64,000 nt of DNA, taken from contig NC_043015.1 of the NCBI RefSeq assembly GCF_006345805.1, forward strand, positions 20,584,001 to 20,648,000, given 5' to 3'. The notes under the pieces were generated by a model. It did not search any database. It had not been told where the DNA came from and saw only the letters and a program-made list of their open reading frames with translations. Position 1 is the stretch's first letter, and each line of letters begins with the position of its first letter. The DNA is from Octopus sinensis. Its lineage: Eukaryota. Positions 28,977 to 40,747 of the stretch are shown here, in pieces. The position numbers and the translations under genes are program-made.

Positions 28977-29026
28977 ATATAAATATATACATATATATGT
29001 ATATATACATATACATATGTATATAT

Positions 29027-29077
<51 letters not shown>

Positions 29078-29157
29078 GATACACATATATATAACATATA
29101 CATACATAGACATATACATATATATATATATGTGCATATATACATATACACTGATAT

Positions 29158-29218
<61 letters not shown>

Positions 29219-29240
29219 ATATATATATACACATATATCA
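28690..29240. repeat. Long degenerate (TA)/(CATA) array
   Basis: Direct reading. Confidence 0.95.
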
Positions 29241-30529
29241 GTGTATATATAAGTGGTAATGAGGTAAAAGAAAGAAGCTAAAATCGAGAGGAGCGACACA
29301 TAAAAGAACCAAAACTATAGAAGGGCTACTAAAAATGGTCAGAACTAATAAAGACTAATTACATATGAGGAAATCTATAATTTGCAAATGAATTAACGGA
29401 AATGTACAAGACGAAGGTCTATAAATGCGTATAAGTAGATATCTCTAGTAAAAAGCAAATTAAGGCTGAGGAGATCCAAAGAGTGTTACATGTAGGTTGA
29501 TATTAAGACATAAACTTTACATAAAATAGGTGCTAAAGAATTTTTACGACATGGACGCGAAGCCGTTAAGAACACAACTCCAAATGTATAAAATTACATA
29601 AAAATCTCTCTTTCTTTCTCTCTGTAAGCATGCATCTTAGACGTTGCCAATCTTGAAGCGGGTGGTTGCTGATCATTGCGGCTAAAGTACTGCTTCCACC
29701 ATCAGAGGTGACCCGTGGCTCCCTCTCCCTCGGCCAAATAGAGGCAACTTATAATCCACAACCGCTCCATCCCGTGTTTTATCCATGCCTTCTGAAAGCA
29801 AAGTGGAGTGTCCCCTTCATTGTAGCCATGCAGCTACAGCTGTGATTGAATATCAGGTTAATAGACTGTGCTTGCTCGTTTTGCAGTGACCCCCTTGGCT
29901 GATTACGCTCCTCGCCTGGACATATGCTATGGGAAAAATGTCTCGACCATTTTACATTTTCCCCCTCTCGACAGTGATGATCGACGCCTAAGGAAAGACA
30001 AAGTCAGTACGTCTGGAAATCAGCAGAGTTGCAGGGGCTGTCAGAAGATGATTTCGCACACTAGCGTAGCTAGAGTGTGTGCCTCCTGGGTCGGCCCTTC
30101 AGTTTGCCGCCCCTGAACACCCACGAAAGTACATATTGCCTATAGCAGGCACAAAAGTGGTGCCTCCCCCATAAAAGTGCCGCCCAGCCACTTCTAGGAC
30201 TTTGGCACAGTCTTATATTTATATATATAATAAAGAATTAAAGTTTATATAAAAGCTCCTATGCGCTTTTCGCCATTATCGTTGTTTGGAACCCTGCGAT
30301 AGAAGGCCTTCGCCTATGATGATACTTTAACCACAACGGATCCCTAAGGAATACTAATTTGTATCAAACTACAGATAACTATTTCCGAAGTTGGACGGAT
30401 GGCGAGAGCATTTATATATATTTTAGGAGGAAATTTGGAGAAACAAAAGAATAAAAAGGAAACATCTTAGGTACAAAAGAAAATGAGAGTGAGAGAGAGA
30501 CGGAGAAGACATACGTACACCCTCCATAT

Positions 30530-30650
<121 letters not shown>

Positions 30651-30867
30651 GTGTATGTGCGTTGCGTGTGCAAACACCCACTCGTATATATCGATGGGTT
30701 TGAGCAGGTAGTCCTGTATAGACATATAAGTTGTTCGTTTTAACTTTGACGATATTTTATGCCTATTTTTCTGAAAACATTTTCAAGTATTGATGAACAG
30801 GCGAACAGTCAATGGTGTTGAAGAGCATAAAGATTAAATTGTTGTTGTTGAGAAAAAATTAACAGAC

Positions 30868-31330
30868 ATGGAAGTCATTTGAATATTGGAAACGATTTAC
30901 TCCTGTCATGATGATCCACACCGGGTCTCGAAATGCCGATATGATGATTACTATTCAGTGCTCCGAGAACACACTGGAACGGCTTTAAGACGTGACATGG
31001 GCTGCTGCAACGGAGACTACGAAACCGTGTCCAGCAGGAAGTGACACAGCAGACGTTCTGACTGCGTCCGCACGCTCGGGTTCATCCCCACATCATTGAG
31101 CTGGGCATTAGGCTTATTTCGGGCGTTTGTATGAAGCTTCTGGAGACTGTGGAGTGGACAAACTCCAGCTGCAAAGGTTTGTTGTAGGAGGACGATATGT
31201 GTGGCAGCAGGATTTGGCTCCTTGATCAAGGAGGTGTGAAATTATCTCGCCAGAGACACAGTGAGGAAAGCATTTGCCAGCAGTCATCTTCCACCACGGC
31301 TGTGGTCTCAAAGCCATAATCTAGCTGATA
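30868..31330 (+). mobile_element. Internally deleted Tc1/mariner transposase remnant (maT/DD37D-like by eye)
   Basis: N-terminal CNGDYETVSSRK*HSRRSDCVRT is joined to PHIIELGIRLISGVCMKLLETV and, after a frameshift, RFVVGGRYVWQQDLAP*, which contains the QQDxAP catalytic motif. Confidence 0.7.
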
Positions 31331-31869
31331 GAATTTGATTTTTTAAAATACTTTAATTTTTGGGTGCGTAATCACTTTTACAACAATTGTTCCGGAATGT
31401 ACAAGTTGTGTTTCATGGAGAAGCACAACATACTGTATGAAACTACTACATCATTGAATGGAAGATAGGAACTGGTAAACTGTTGGAGACATTTCCATCA
31501 CAATTTTGTCAGCAGGTTAGTATATTCTCTTTCATAAGGAATTACCATTTGTTTAAATACGGTCGCAGATTATATTTCTATCTAGAGTTGTTTTTCTTTT
31601 GGCATAGGGTATTAAAGGCATGAAGATGTCATAATCTTGAACAATGAGTGATGAAAATTTCCTAAATTCTTTGTTCAGGGATGAATGCGAGATAATAAAA
31701 AAACATTTGTCTTTACTTCTGTTAGGAAACCAATTAACACACGTGGATTGTTGTTTAACTGTATAGGAATGTGAATGGAAATATCTGTTAATATATTATA
31801 GTTGTATTCCTTTAATTATTATCACTTCTGCAAGCATGTATATACACATAATGTGCATATATATATATA

Positions 31870-32322
31870 CGAGGGTGAGACAAAAAGTAATGCCATTTTT
31901 TTTTTGGTACAGGTATAATTACCAACACATGGACTTGTATCATACATCAAAATGAAGCTGGTCCTCCGCGGATCATATCCCTACTTCTCAACATAGTCAC
32001 TTTTTCTCTCAATAGCAATGTTCCAACGAATGAGAGCATGTATCCCTGCTCTGTAAAATCCTGTTGAGTGTTCTTTGAGCGACTTCTTCACTACAGTTTT
32101 CGCATCCTCTTCACTGGAATGTTTGCCTCTCAAAAGCTCTTTAGAGATGATAGTATGAAGGCGCTAAATTATTCCAGTGATGAGGAAGTGACAACTATAG
32201 TGAAGAAGAGGCTCAAAGTACAGTCAACAGAATTTTACGGGGGCAGGGGTTCATGCTCTCATTCGAAGGTGAAACATTGCTATTGAGAGAAACGGTGACT
32301 ATTACTTTTTGATTCACCCTCG
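31870..32322. mobile_element. Non-autonomous mariner built from two inverted 3-prime ends
   Basis: TIRs CGAGGGTGAGACAAAAAGTAAT / ATTACTTTTTGATTCACCCTCG with TA on both sides. Both arms encode the transposase C-terminus (YSSDEEVTTIVKKRLKVQSTEFY..) in opposite orientation. Confidence 0.88.
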
Positions 32323-32583
32323 TATACAAAATATATTTACATATGCACAAGATCGGATGTTCGATAAAGAATTTATTTCCCACCCCCATGCCTCAGGGTA
32401 CGGTCCTACTGCATAGCACCTAGGACACGTGTGTGTGTGTTTGGCTGTGTTCATGTTTGTATGTGTGCATACGTGCGCATGTATCATATATATGCAGTTG
32501 AAATATAAAACAACGGACGAAGATAGAAATATGAAAAAAACAGGCAAGTGTATTAGTTTGACGCTCGAGAAAAATGAAAAACT

Positions 32584-32619
32584 CTTTTACGTTTCGAGCC
32601 TACGCTCTTCAACAGAAAG
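32584..32619 (-). ncRNA. Hammerhead-like fold with variant core (CUGUUGA)
   Basis: Minus strand CTTT-CTGTTGA-A-GAGC(GTAG)GCTC-GAAAC-GT-A-AAAG. All three helices are present but A6 is changed to U. Confidence 0.55.
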
Positions 32620-33204
32620 GAATAAGAGAAAATAAACACATTGTACACATATATGATATATATAATATATGCATAAATAAACATATATATATACATTTGT
32701 AAATGTATATACATATGTAAATATGAGTATGTATAATGTTATACGTATTTCATTGGATTTCTCTCACTCTGTTTCTCTCTCTAGTTGTATGCCCTTGTAT
32801 CTCTATCTCTCTCTCTCTGTCTCTCTCTCTCTCACTAATTCACTCAGTTTTATTCCGTCTTCATTTCTCTCTCTTTCCCTCTCTTCTTCCTGATACTTTG
32901 TATCATATATTGAATAAAAATACATTTAAAAATAGAAGAAATTAGATGTTAGTTTTCTTATCGCTTAATGAGAGATAGATAGATAAATAGATAGAAAGAG
33001 AGAGAAAGAGGGGAGAGAGAGGAGTCCTGTTAGCAAGCTTTAGATGGGGGTGAGTGGGATGAGCGAAGTACGTGGGTTAAGGTAGAAAATTGAAATATTT
33101 GTATATGATTATTTACGAAAACCAGCAGCAGCAGTGACAGAATGAAAATAGATATTTTTATTGCCTCATAATTTCATACGATTGATTATCATCGTTGATG
33201 TTGT

Positions 33205-33245
<41 letters not shown>

Positions 33246-34384
33246 ATACTACTACTACTACTACCACCACCACCAATACTAATACTATAATTATTAGTTA
33301 TTATTATTATTATTATTATTATTATTTGGTGTCTCCCCTGATAGCTTAATGTGTAATTGTATAAACGTTATGTTATTATGGTTGTTGTTTTTGTTACATA
33401 CAAATTATTTGTGTTTTCGTTTTAATAATACCATTGTTTTGTATGGGCGGGAAGTTGTATGGATAAAAACCGAAGACCTAAGTCGGAAAGTTCACCAACA
33501 GACTAAGCTTCGATGAAAGCTGTCAACACCCAAATATTGTTATTAAACCAAACAACCGAATATGCTTACTTCTCCAGAATTCGGAACGCAAATAACTGGT
33601 ACAAATACCACAAACTACCTCGTCGGAAGCTCTAACTTTTCTGCAGATATCACCGCGGTTATATTGGTTTGTAATTTTATCGACTCGGACATGATGAAGA
33701 GCAAAGATGAGAATAGAGGAATTTGAACTCAAAGAGCAGATAGTCAGAACAAACAAGGTAAGCATATCTCCCAATATTGGAAAAGCAGATTTTTCCTAGA
33801 AAGTTCTGCAAGAATCTGCTTCCACTAGTTTTTGATTTTATCGACTCAGAAGGGATCTGCAGTCACATCATCCAATGCTTCAACGCGTCTGCCAGAACGC
33901 CAAATTTTAGAGGGGATATGATTGCTATTTCTAGCACGCCATTCGACCATGTAGGGACTCTCGCATTCCCTTAGTTGTATATGTTGGATGTAAAATAACG
34001 ATGGATGTTAGAGGTAAAGAAAGATTGTTTTATTCCGGTTCACTGTCGAGTTTCCTGACCTTTTGTTTTGAAAACCTAACAGTGCTAAATCGATTAATCC
34101 GATGGAATTATTAAATTATCGGAAAAATATATTCTTTATTGCTCCCCAGATGAACGAAAATGGTGAAACTGATATTTACGTCGATATTTGAAAGAAAGAC
34201 ACTTTATAAAGTAATCTCTGGATATTTTTTCCCAACAAACTAGATTGTTGGCATGACCTTTGTAAAGTGCAATGACCTTTGCGACCTACGGATTATTTCT
34301 TTCTAGCCAAAAGAATACAGCCACGAGAAAGAAAGTGAAATCCTTAGAAATGTTCTCCCATTGATTGACATACAGGAGTGGCGA

Positions 34385-34708
34385 CGCACAGACATACATA
34401 ATACTGTACATACCCATATACATTACACACAAACGCACGCTTTCTCTCTTTCTCTCTCAAACACACACACATACTAAAATATGTACTCACGCACATATAT
34501 AAAAGAAAAAGGATGACGATCCTTCCTGTGTCATACAGACTCATAGGGTCGGATTTCCGGCTCCCCATGACGAACATATTCCCCACCTGGGAGGAACGCC
34601 TGTCTTTCGCAGAATTAGTCATCTTGGACAGGTAAATGGACTTCAGGAATCGAAACCACAATCTTACGATCATGAGTCTAACATTTTAATCAATAAGCAA
34701 TGCGCCCT
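34385..34708 (-). mobile_element. Diverged tRNA-derived SINE (tail CCCTATGAGTC..GACACAGGAAGG)
   Basis: Head GAGGGCGCATTGC..TCATGATCGTAAGATTGTGGTTTCGATTCCTG with B box. Confidence 0.7.
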
Positions 34709-34732
34709 CTATATATATATCTGTATGCATAT

Positions 34733-34788
<56 letters not shown>

Positions 34789-34809
34789 ATATATATAATA
34801 TAATATATG

Positions 34810-34868
<59 letters not shown>

Positions 34869-34885
34869 ATATATATATATATATA

Positions 34886-35473
34886 CAGTAATCCCTCGCC
34901 ATATCGCAGTTCACCCATCGCGGTTCACTTATCGCGGTTCACTTATCGCGGTTTATCATTTAATCATACGTCGATTCCTCGTAGTGTTGTTTTTCAATTC
35001 GTTGTTTTTTATTTGTTGCAGTCATTTCGCTGCAGCCATGCTGGAGCACCGCCTTTAGTCGAACAAATGGACCCCAGGGCTTATTCTTTGTAAACCTACT
35101 ACTTATTCTATCGGTGTCTTTTGTCGAACCACTACATTACGGGGACGTAAGCACACCAGCATCGGTTGTCAAGCGACAGCCAGGGGACAAACACAGACAA
35201 TACAAAAACATACACACACACATAAGTATATACGACGGGCTTCTTTCAGTTCTGTCTACCAGATCCACTCATAAGGCCTTGGTCGGCCAGAGGCTATAGT
35301 AGAAAACAGTTGGCCAAGGTACCACTAGTTGGACTGGGTCAGGAACACTGTGGTTGGGAAATACAAATGATGAAAATAATAAAAAAATATACAGTACTGT
35401 TTCTACTTTGCGGATTTTTACCTATTGCGGGAGTTTTGGGAACGTAACATCCACGATATTCGAGCGATTACCG
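34886..35473. mobile_element. Tigger/pogo-like MITE interrupted by a family A SINE (35005-35360, minus)
   Basis: TA-CAGTAATCCCTCG left TIR and CGAGCGATTACCG right TIR, with internal 13-bp tandem CGGTTCACTTATC repeats. Confidence 0.75.
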
Positions 35474-35487
35474 TGTATATGTATGTG

Positions 35488-35519
<32 letters not shown>

Positions 35520-35694
35520 TAAGAAAGTTTGTTTGGTAAAGCACGTGGGTGAATATATAAGAACATAGTAAAGAGTGAAAAAACGACAGAAGGCTTAAAT
35601 GTTAAAAAATATATATATTTGTGTCAAAATGTCTGGAGAGTATTGGAAAATTTTTTTCCTTTCCTTTAAATGACATAATAATTTTTAATTTTTA

Positions 35695-35734
35695 AAGAAA
35701 TTACCGGTTTCGCGTGTAGCTTTTCAAATTTCTT
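35695..35734 (-). ncRNA. Degenerate minimal hammerhead in the PLE 3-prime region
   Basis: AAGAAAT-TTGAAAA-GC(TACAC)GC-GAAAC-CG-GT-A-ATTTCTT. Perfect 7-bp helix I and palindromic helix III ACCGGT, but the core has C3U and G8A. It lies about 130 nt downstream of the GIY-YIG stop on the same strand. Confidence 0.7.
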
Positions 35735-35866
35735 GTGACGTTATGTTTATATTGCATGGAGTTATCGTTGTGTTTATTTTCAGGAGATTTCTAAATAGGG
35801 GGGTAGTGAGTGATTTCTTCCGGTGTAAGGGAGATAATCGCTTAAACATTTTTTTCCTTTCCCTTG

Positions 35867-36170
35867 TTAATTTCTCTGTGTCAGTATGTTCGGATGGTTG
35901 AGTCTGGGTTTGTACTTTTCAATGAAGAATGTTTCCTTGTTCAGTCTCATTTGTGTTGATGATCCGAAAGCACATTGGTAAAATGGGAAGATTAAAAATT
36001 GTGGCAGTAGTTGCTTTGCGCATTTCTCAATGTGCTCACTAAAAGGTATCATTCTATATTCTGGGAATGCAATCTGTTGTCGATGCAGTGTGCATCTACG
36101 CCTGAGTGATAGTCCCGTGGAACCCACGTAGTCTTGGTGGCAGCCCGAGCATTTAATGACATAAATTATG

Positions 36171-36172
<2 letters not shown>
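35867..36172 (-). mobile_element. Penelope-like element GIY-YIG endonuclease domain (5-prime truncated, frame open)
   Basis: YIIYVIKCSGCHQDYVGSTGLSLRRRCTLHRQQIAFPEYRMIPFSEHIEKCAKQLLPQFLIFPFYQCAFGSSTQMRLNKETFFIEKYKPRLNHPNILTQRN*. It has the IY..YVG motif with CxxC, the conserved R and H residues and the terminal E..FI....P.LN motif. Confidence 0.92.
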
Positions 36173-36211
<39 letters not shown>

Positions 36212-36619
36212 CAAAACATTCAAACACTGAGATTTGAAATCAGACGTCACTACTGTTCATATAATATGTGGATAAATTTTAAAATTGATGATATCACCAG
36301 CAGTGACATATGTGGATCGCAGGCGCAATAGCATTAAATAGCGATGAATTATAAATTTGCACGAAGCGTAAGGATGCTTAACAAGCATCCACCTGCTAGA
36401 AATAAGAGCAAAAGTTTTAAATTTATCCACCGTTCTGCACCAAGACCCTATGAGTCTATATGACACATGAAGGATCGTCATCCTCTTTCTTTTATATATA
36501 TGCGTGAGTACATATTCAAGTATGTGTGTGTCCGTGTGTTTGAGTGAGAAAGAGTGCGTTTGTGTAATGTATATGCGTATATACAGTGTTACGTATGCCT
36601 GTTTAATACAGGTTTTTCC

Positions 36620-37750
36620 CTAAATTATATATATATATATATATATATGTATAGTTTTATTTGACTTAATAAATAAATTTAATAACCTAGATAATTATTA
36701 TAGTATTGTATAGTTTATAACTCGTATTTTTTATTACAATATTAGTTTGTTAATTCTGAAAGAATTAATAAAATTTGTATATATACTATTTATAGTCATT
36801 TAATTTAGAAATAATAATATTAATTATTTTATAATGAGCAGTCCTTAATACTTGTTTTGTTATATTACTTAATTTTTACTTATTTACAGAGTTCTCCCTT
36901 CCATATTATAAGAATAATAATTCTTATCTAAGTAACTCAAAATCCGGTTACTTGTAAAAAAAACTTAGTAATGTTGATACCCTTCATTATAGCCTAACTC
37001 TATATCTATGGAGTATTTAGGTTATAGTGTTTATAGCCATAACTTTATCTTTATATTTATTACGAAATTCTCCCTACTATAAAGTTAGTAAACAAAGAAA
37101 ATTTTTTTATTAGGTTTCTATTCATGTTTATTACGGAATTATCCATCCGATAAACAATAATTATAGAACATTTCTATTACCTACTTTAAACAATGTCTTT
37201 ATATCAATAACTTTAAACAAATAGAAGGGTTATTATATATTAAAAATATAATTATCATTTATATTTTTTAACACATTTTATTACAGTTCTAGATAAAGCA
37301 AGACCCTGATACTTAATTATATACACATATATATATATTATTGTTGTAAGTTATAATAGCGTAAGATTCTCTTAGACATAAACGAGTTTGGATTAATATC
37401 CTTTGAGATAAATAGAAATATATTTCGATAGTTGTAGATTACACTTAATTATTTCGTCCGTTAAAATTTCTTGTTTTTTGATCGTAATTGATATGTAATT
37501 GAATAGTTAACGCTCATGCTCATAATACATAGGCATTTGAATTAATTTTTTACAATCCAGCCGTCTTTTTCACTCGCAATTTCGTCTATCTTTAAAGTCT
37601 GGCTCTGATGAGGCTTATATATAAGGGAATTGTTTATATATAAAAATGCATATAAGTCGAAACAAATTGTTGGCCTTTTCATGTTTTAATAATTGTTTAT
37701 TTTATCTTATATTATCTTATATTATATTCATAGTATATTATGTTATATTA
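36620..37750 (+). mobile_element. Heavily decayed AT-rich PLE 3-prime end
   Basis: 37192-37248 reads NVFISITLNK*KGYYILKI, aligning by position with NVIYxITCxKCxxxYIGxT. A hammerhead motif follows at 37601-37675. Confidence 0.45.
37601..37675 (+). ncRNA. Type I hammerhead-ribozyme motif with long helix II
   Basis: GGCT-CTGATGA-GGCTTATAT..ATATAAGTC-GAAAC-AAATT-GT-T-GGCC. Intact core, 9-bp helix II, near-palindromic helix III and 4-bp helix I. Confidence 0.75.
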
Positions 37751-37931
37751 TTAATTAATTATTGGATTGTCAATTGTATCTGTATTTAATTTATCTTTGT
37801 AATTCAAATTATACCCATATTTATATGGTATTCAACCGACGTATCAGGGAATTGGATGTTTTACATACCCCTTTGAATGAATTATTTTCTTTAGTTATTA
37901 ATTTATATATATTATATATATATATATATAT

Positions 37932-37982
<51 letters not shown>

Positions 37983-37983
37983 C

Positions 37984-38025
<42 letters not shown>

Positions 38026-38064
38026 TTATATACATACATACGTCTATATATTATTCTCGTTTCT

Positions 38065-38370
38065 CGTTCGCGTTTACTTGTTTCAGTCATTTGACTGCGG
38101 CCATGCTGGAGCACCGCCTTTAATCGAGCAAATCGACCCCGAGACTTATTCTTTGTAACCCCAGTACTTATTCTATCGATCTCTTTTTGCCGAACCGCTA
38201 AGTGACGGGGACATAAACACACCAGCATCGGTTGTCAAGCAATGCTAGGAGGACAAACGCAGACACACATACATATATATATATACATATATACGACAGG
38301 CTTCTTTCAGTTTCCGTCTACCAAATCCACTCACAAGGCATTGATTGGCCCGATGCTATAGCAGAAGAAA
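38065..38370 (-). mobile_element. SINE family A, 5-prime truncated, low divergence
   Basis: Near-identical to the reverse complement of 57340-57640. Confidence 0.92.
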
Positions 38371-38454
38371 CGAGAATATTATATATCGTATGTATGTATA
38401 TATATATGTATATATATATATAATATATATATATATGTATATATATAGTATTAT

Positions 38455-38487
<33 letters not shown>

Positions 38488-38992
38488 TAATAAGCTAAAG
38501 AAAATAATTCATTCAAAGGGGTATGTAAACATCCAATTCCTGATACGTCGTTGTTGAATATATGTAGTTGTATGTATGTATGTATGTATGTATGTATGTA
38601 TGTATGTATGTATGTATGTATGTATGTATGCATGTATGTATGTATGTATGTATGCATGTATGTATGTACGCGTGTGTGTAGTGTGTAAATAAATAAATAA
38701 ATAAATAGGAAATAGCGGTACGATATCAAGCGTAATATGAAAAGACCGAGACTTGAGTACTAGGTTGCCTATTTCTCTGGCGTTCTTCCTAGAGGTAGAA
38801 CGAAATTGTTTTTATGTTCGCCTTCTGCGAGCATCATTGCCTCTGTACATTATCTGGCGTCGACCTGTTATCGACTGCTATTTTCAGTAAAATTTGATAT
38901 CTTGTTGTGCCACTATTTCCTATTTATAACTCTACCTTTACGGTCCTTTACTTCGGTGGAAAATAATAGTATTGTTTGTGTGTGTATGTATG

Positions 38993-39069
<77 letters not shown>

Positions 39070-39716
39070 CTCTCTCTCTCTATCTTCCTCTCTTCTCTCT
39101 TATATATATCTATATATATATATATATATATATACATATGTATACATATAGATATATATGTATATACAACAAGAAATAATATTTGCCCCTTCTAATAGAA
39201 ACAAAAGAGTTTATAGGACTGCAAAAGAAGTGCTCAAATATAAATGAGACAAAGATAGAGAAGCATTGGTTATAGAACAAATATTAAATTTGGGTCAATG
39301 ACTTTACATACAACCCCACCCCTCAAAGTTTAATCATATATAAAAATCCCCATGGTTCCCAAACTCATAAAAAATAATACATATACATAAAATCACAGAA
39401 GCTAAAAGTATATAATCGAATGAAATACAAATAGAACGGCCTATCAAAAATGTTGAATATAAACAGGTAAAATTCAAAAACTACCAAAAAACCTAAGAGA
39501 CAAATATAAAATAATTAAAGGTAAAAATAAAAATAAATATACACCGACTAAAAAAGTTTTATCAGATGATTAAAATATTTTTTTGAAAATTAAAAACACA
39601 TTTTTTCTTTAAATATTAGAAAAACTATTTAAAGTTGGTCTTTTACTTCCTCCACACAGGTACGTCTAAAAGTTAATAAGGAGCAGACTTCACAGATTAA
39701 ATTCAACATTCTCACA

Positions 39717-39798
39717 TATCTATGGCCGTTTCGAGAGCTCACCACTGCAGTTTATTTACACTAAGGGGCAACACGGCGATGACCCCTTCATCAGAATA
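39717..39798 (-). ncRNA. Degenerate hammerhead-like motif
   Basis: CTGATGA-A-GGGGTCATCGC..GTGGTGAGCTCTC-GAAAC-GGCC-AT-A-GATA. Core is intact, but helix II is wobble-rich and helix III has G16.2 changed to A. Confidence 0.55.
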
Positions 39799-39854
39799 AA
39801 CACGAAAGAGGAGGGGTGGTTTGTTCTATAACCAATGCTTCTTATCTTTGACTC

Positions 39855-39940
39855 ATATATATATATATATATATATATAGATATATATATATATATATAT
39901 ATATAAATATATATATATAATATATGTAGATATGTATATG

Positions 39941-40027
<87 letters not shown>

Positions 40028-40028
40028 A

Positions 40029-40071
<43 letters not shown>

Positions 40072-40122
40072 GTATATATATATAAATATATATATATTAT
40101 ATATATTATATATATAAATATC

Positions 40123-40154
<32 letters not shown>

Positions 40155-40155
40155 T
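39855..40155. repeat. (TA)n array
   Basis: Direct reading. Confidence 0.95.
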
Positions 40156-40161
40156 ACATGT

Positions 40162-40461
40162 GAAGGCGCGTGGCTTAGTGGTTAGGGTATACGGCTCACG
40201 ATTGTAAGGTGGTAAGTTCATTCTTAGCGATGCGTTGTGTCCTTGAGCAAGACACTTTATTTCACGATGCTCCAGTCCAATCAAGTGGCAACAAAAGAGT
40301 AGTACCTGTAATTCAAAGCGGCCATTCAGTGTCACGCTGAATCTCCCCGAGGACTACGTTAAGGGTGCATGTGCTTGTGGAGTACTCAGCCACGTTAATT
40401 TCAGGCGGTTCCGTTGATCGGATCAACTGGAAGGCTCATCGTCGTAAGCGACGGAGTGCCA
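40162..40461 (+). mobile_element. SINE family C, full length
   Basis: GAAGGCGCGTGGCTTAGTGGTTAGG head, GTGTCCTTGAGCAAGACACTT CORE-like block and GACGGAGTGCCA tail. Confidence 0.92.
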
Positions 40462-40592
40462 TACGTATATATATTTTATTGTGTCTGGAGAGAGTCATTC
40501 TGTTTTAATGCCGTATTAACACGAATTCACATCAGGAATCTTGCAAGCCAAATACACACACACACACACGCACACACACACACACACACACA

Positions 40593-40747
40593 TAGTCGTG
40601 ACCAAAAGTCTGGAACATCTTTTTAAAGATTAAAGTTGTTATGCCCAGGTACATTTCGATTCAGGTATGTAACAACGTATATATTTCGGCATTTAATATA
40701 ATAATTCTAATTTTCAGATGAATGTTCCAAACTTTTGGCCACGACTC
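40593..40747. mobile_element. Short Tc1-type MITE
   Basis: TIRs AGTCGTGACCAAAAGTCTGGAACAT / ATGTTCCAAACTTTTGGCCACGACT (23 of 25 match). Confidence 0.8.

Noticed and set aside
36620-37330. Mitochondrial insertion (NUMT)
   Set aside because: AT-rich, but no mitochondrial protein, rRNA or tRNA motifs were recognised; PLE-like traces fit better.
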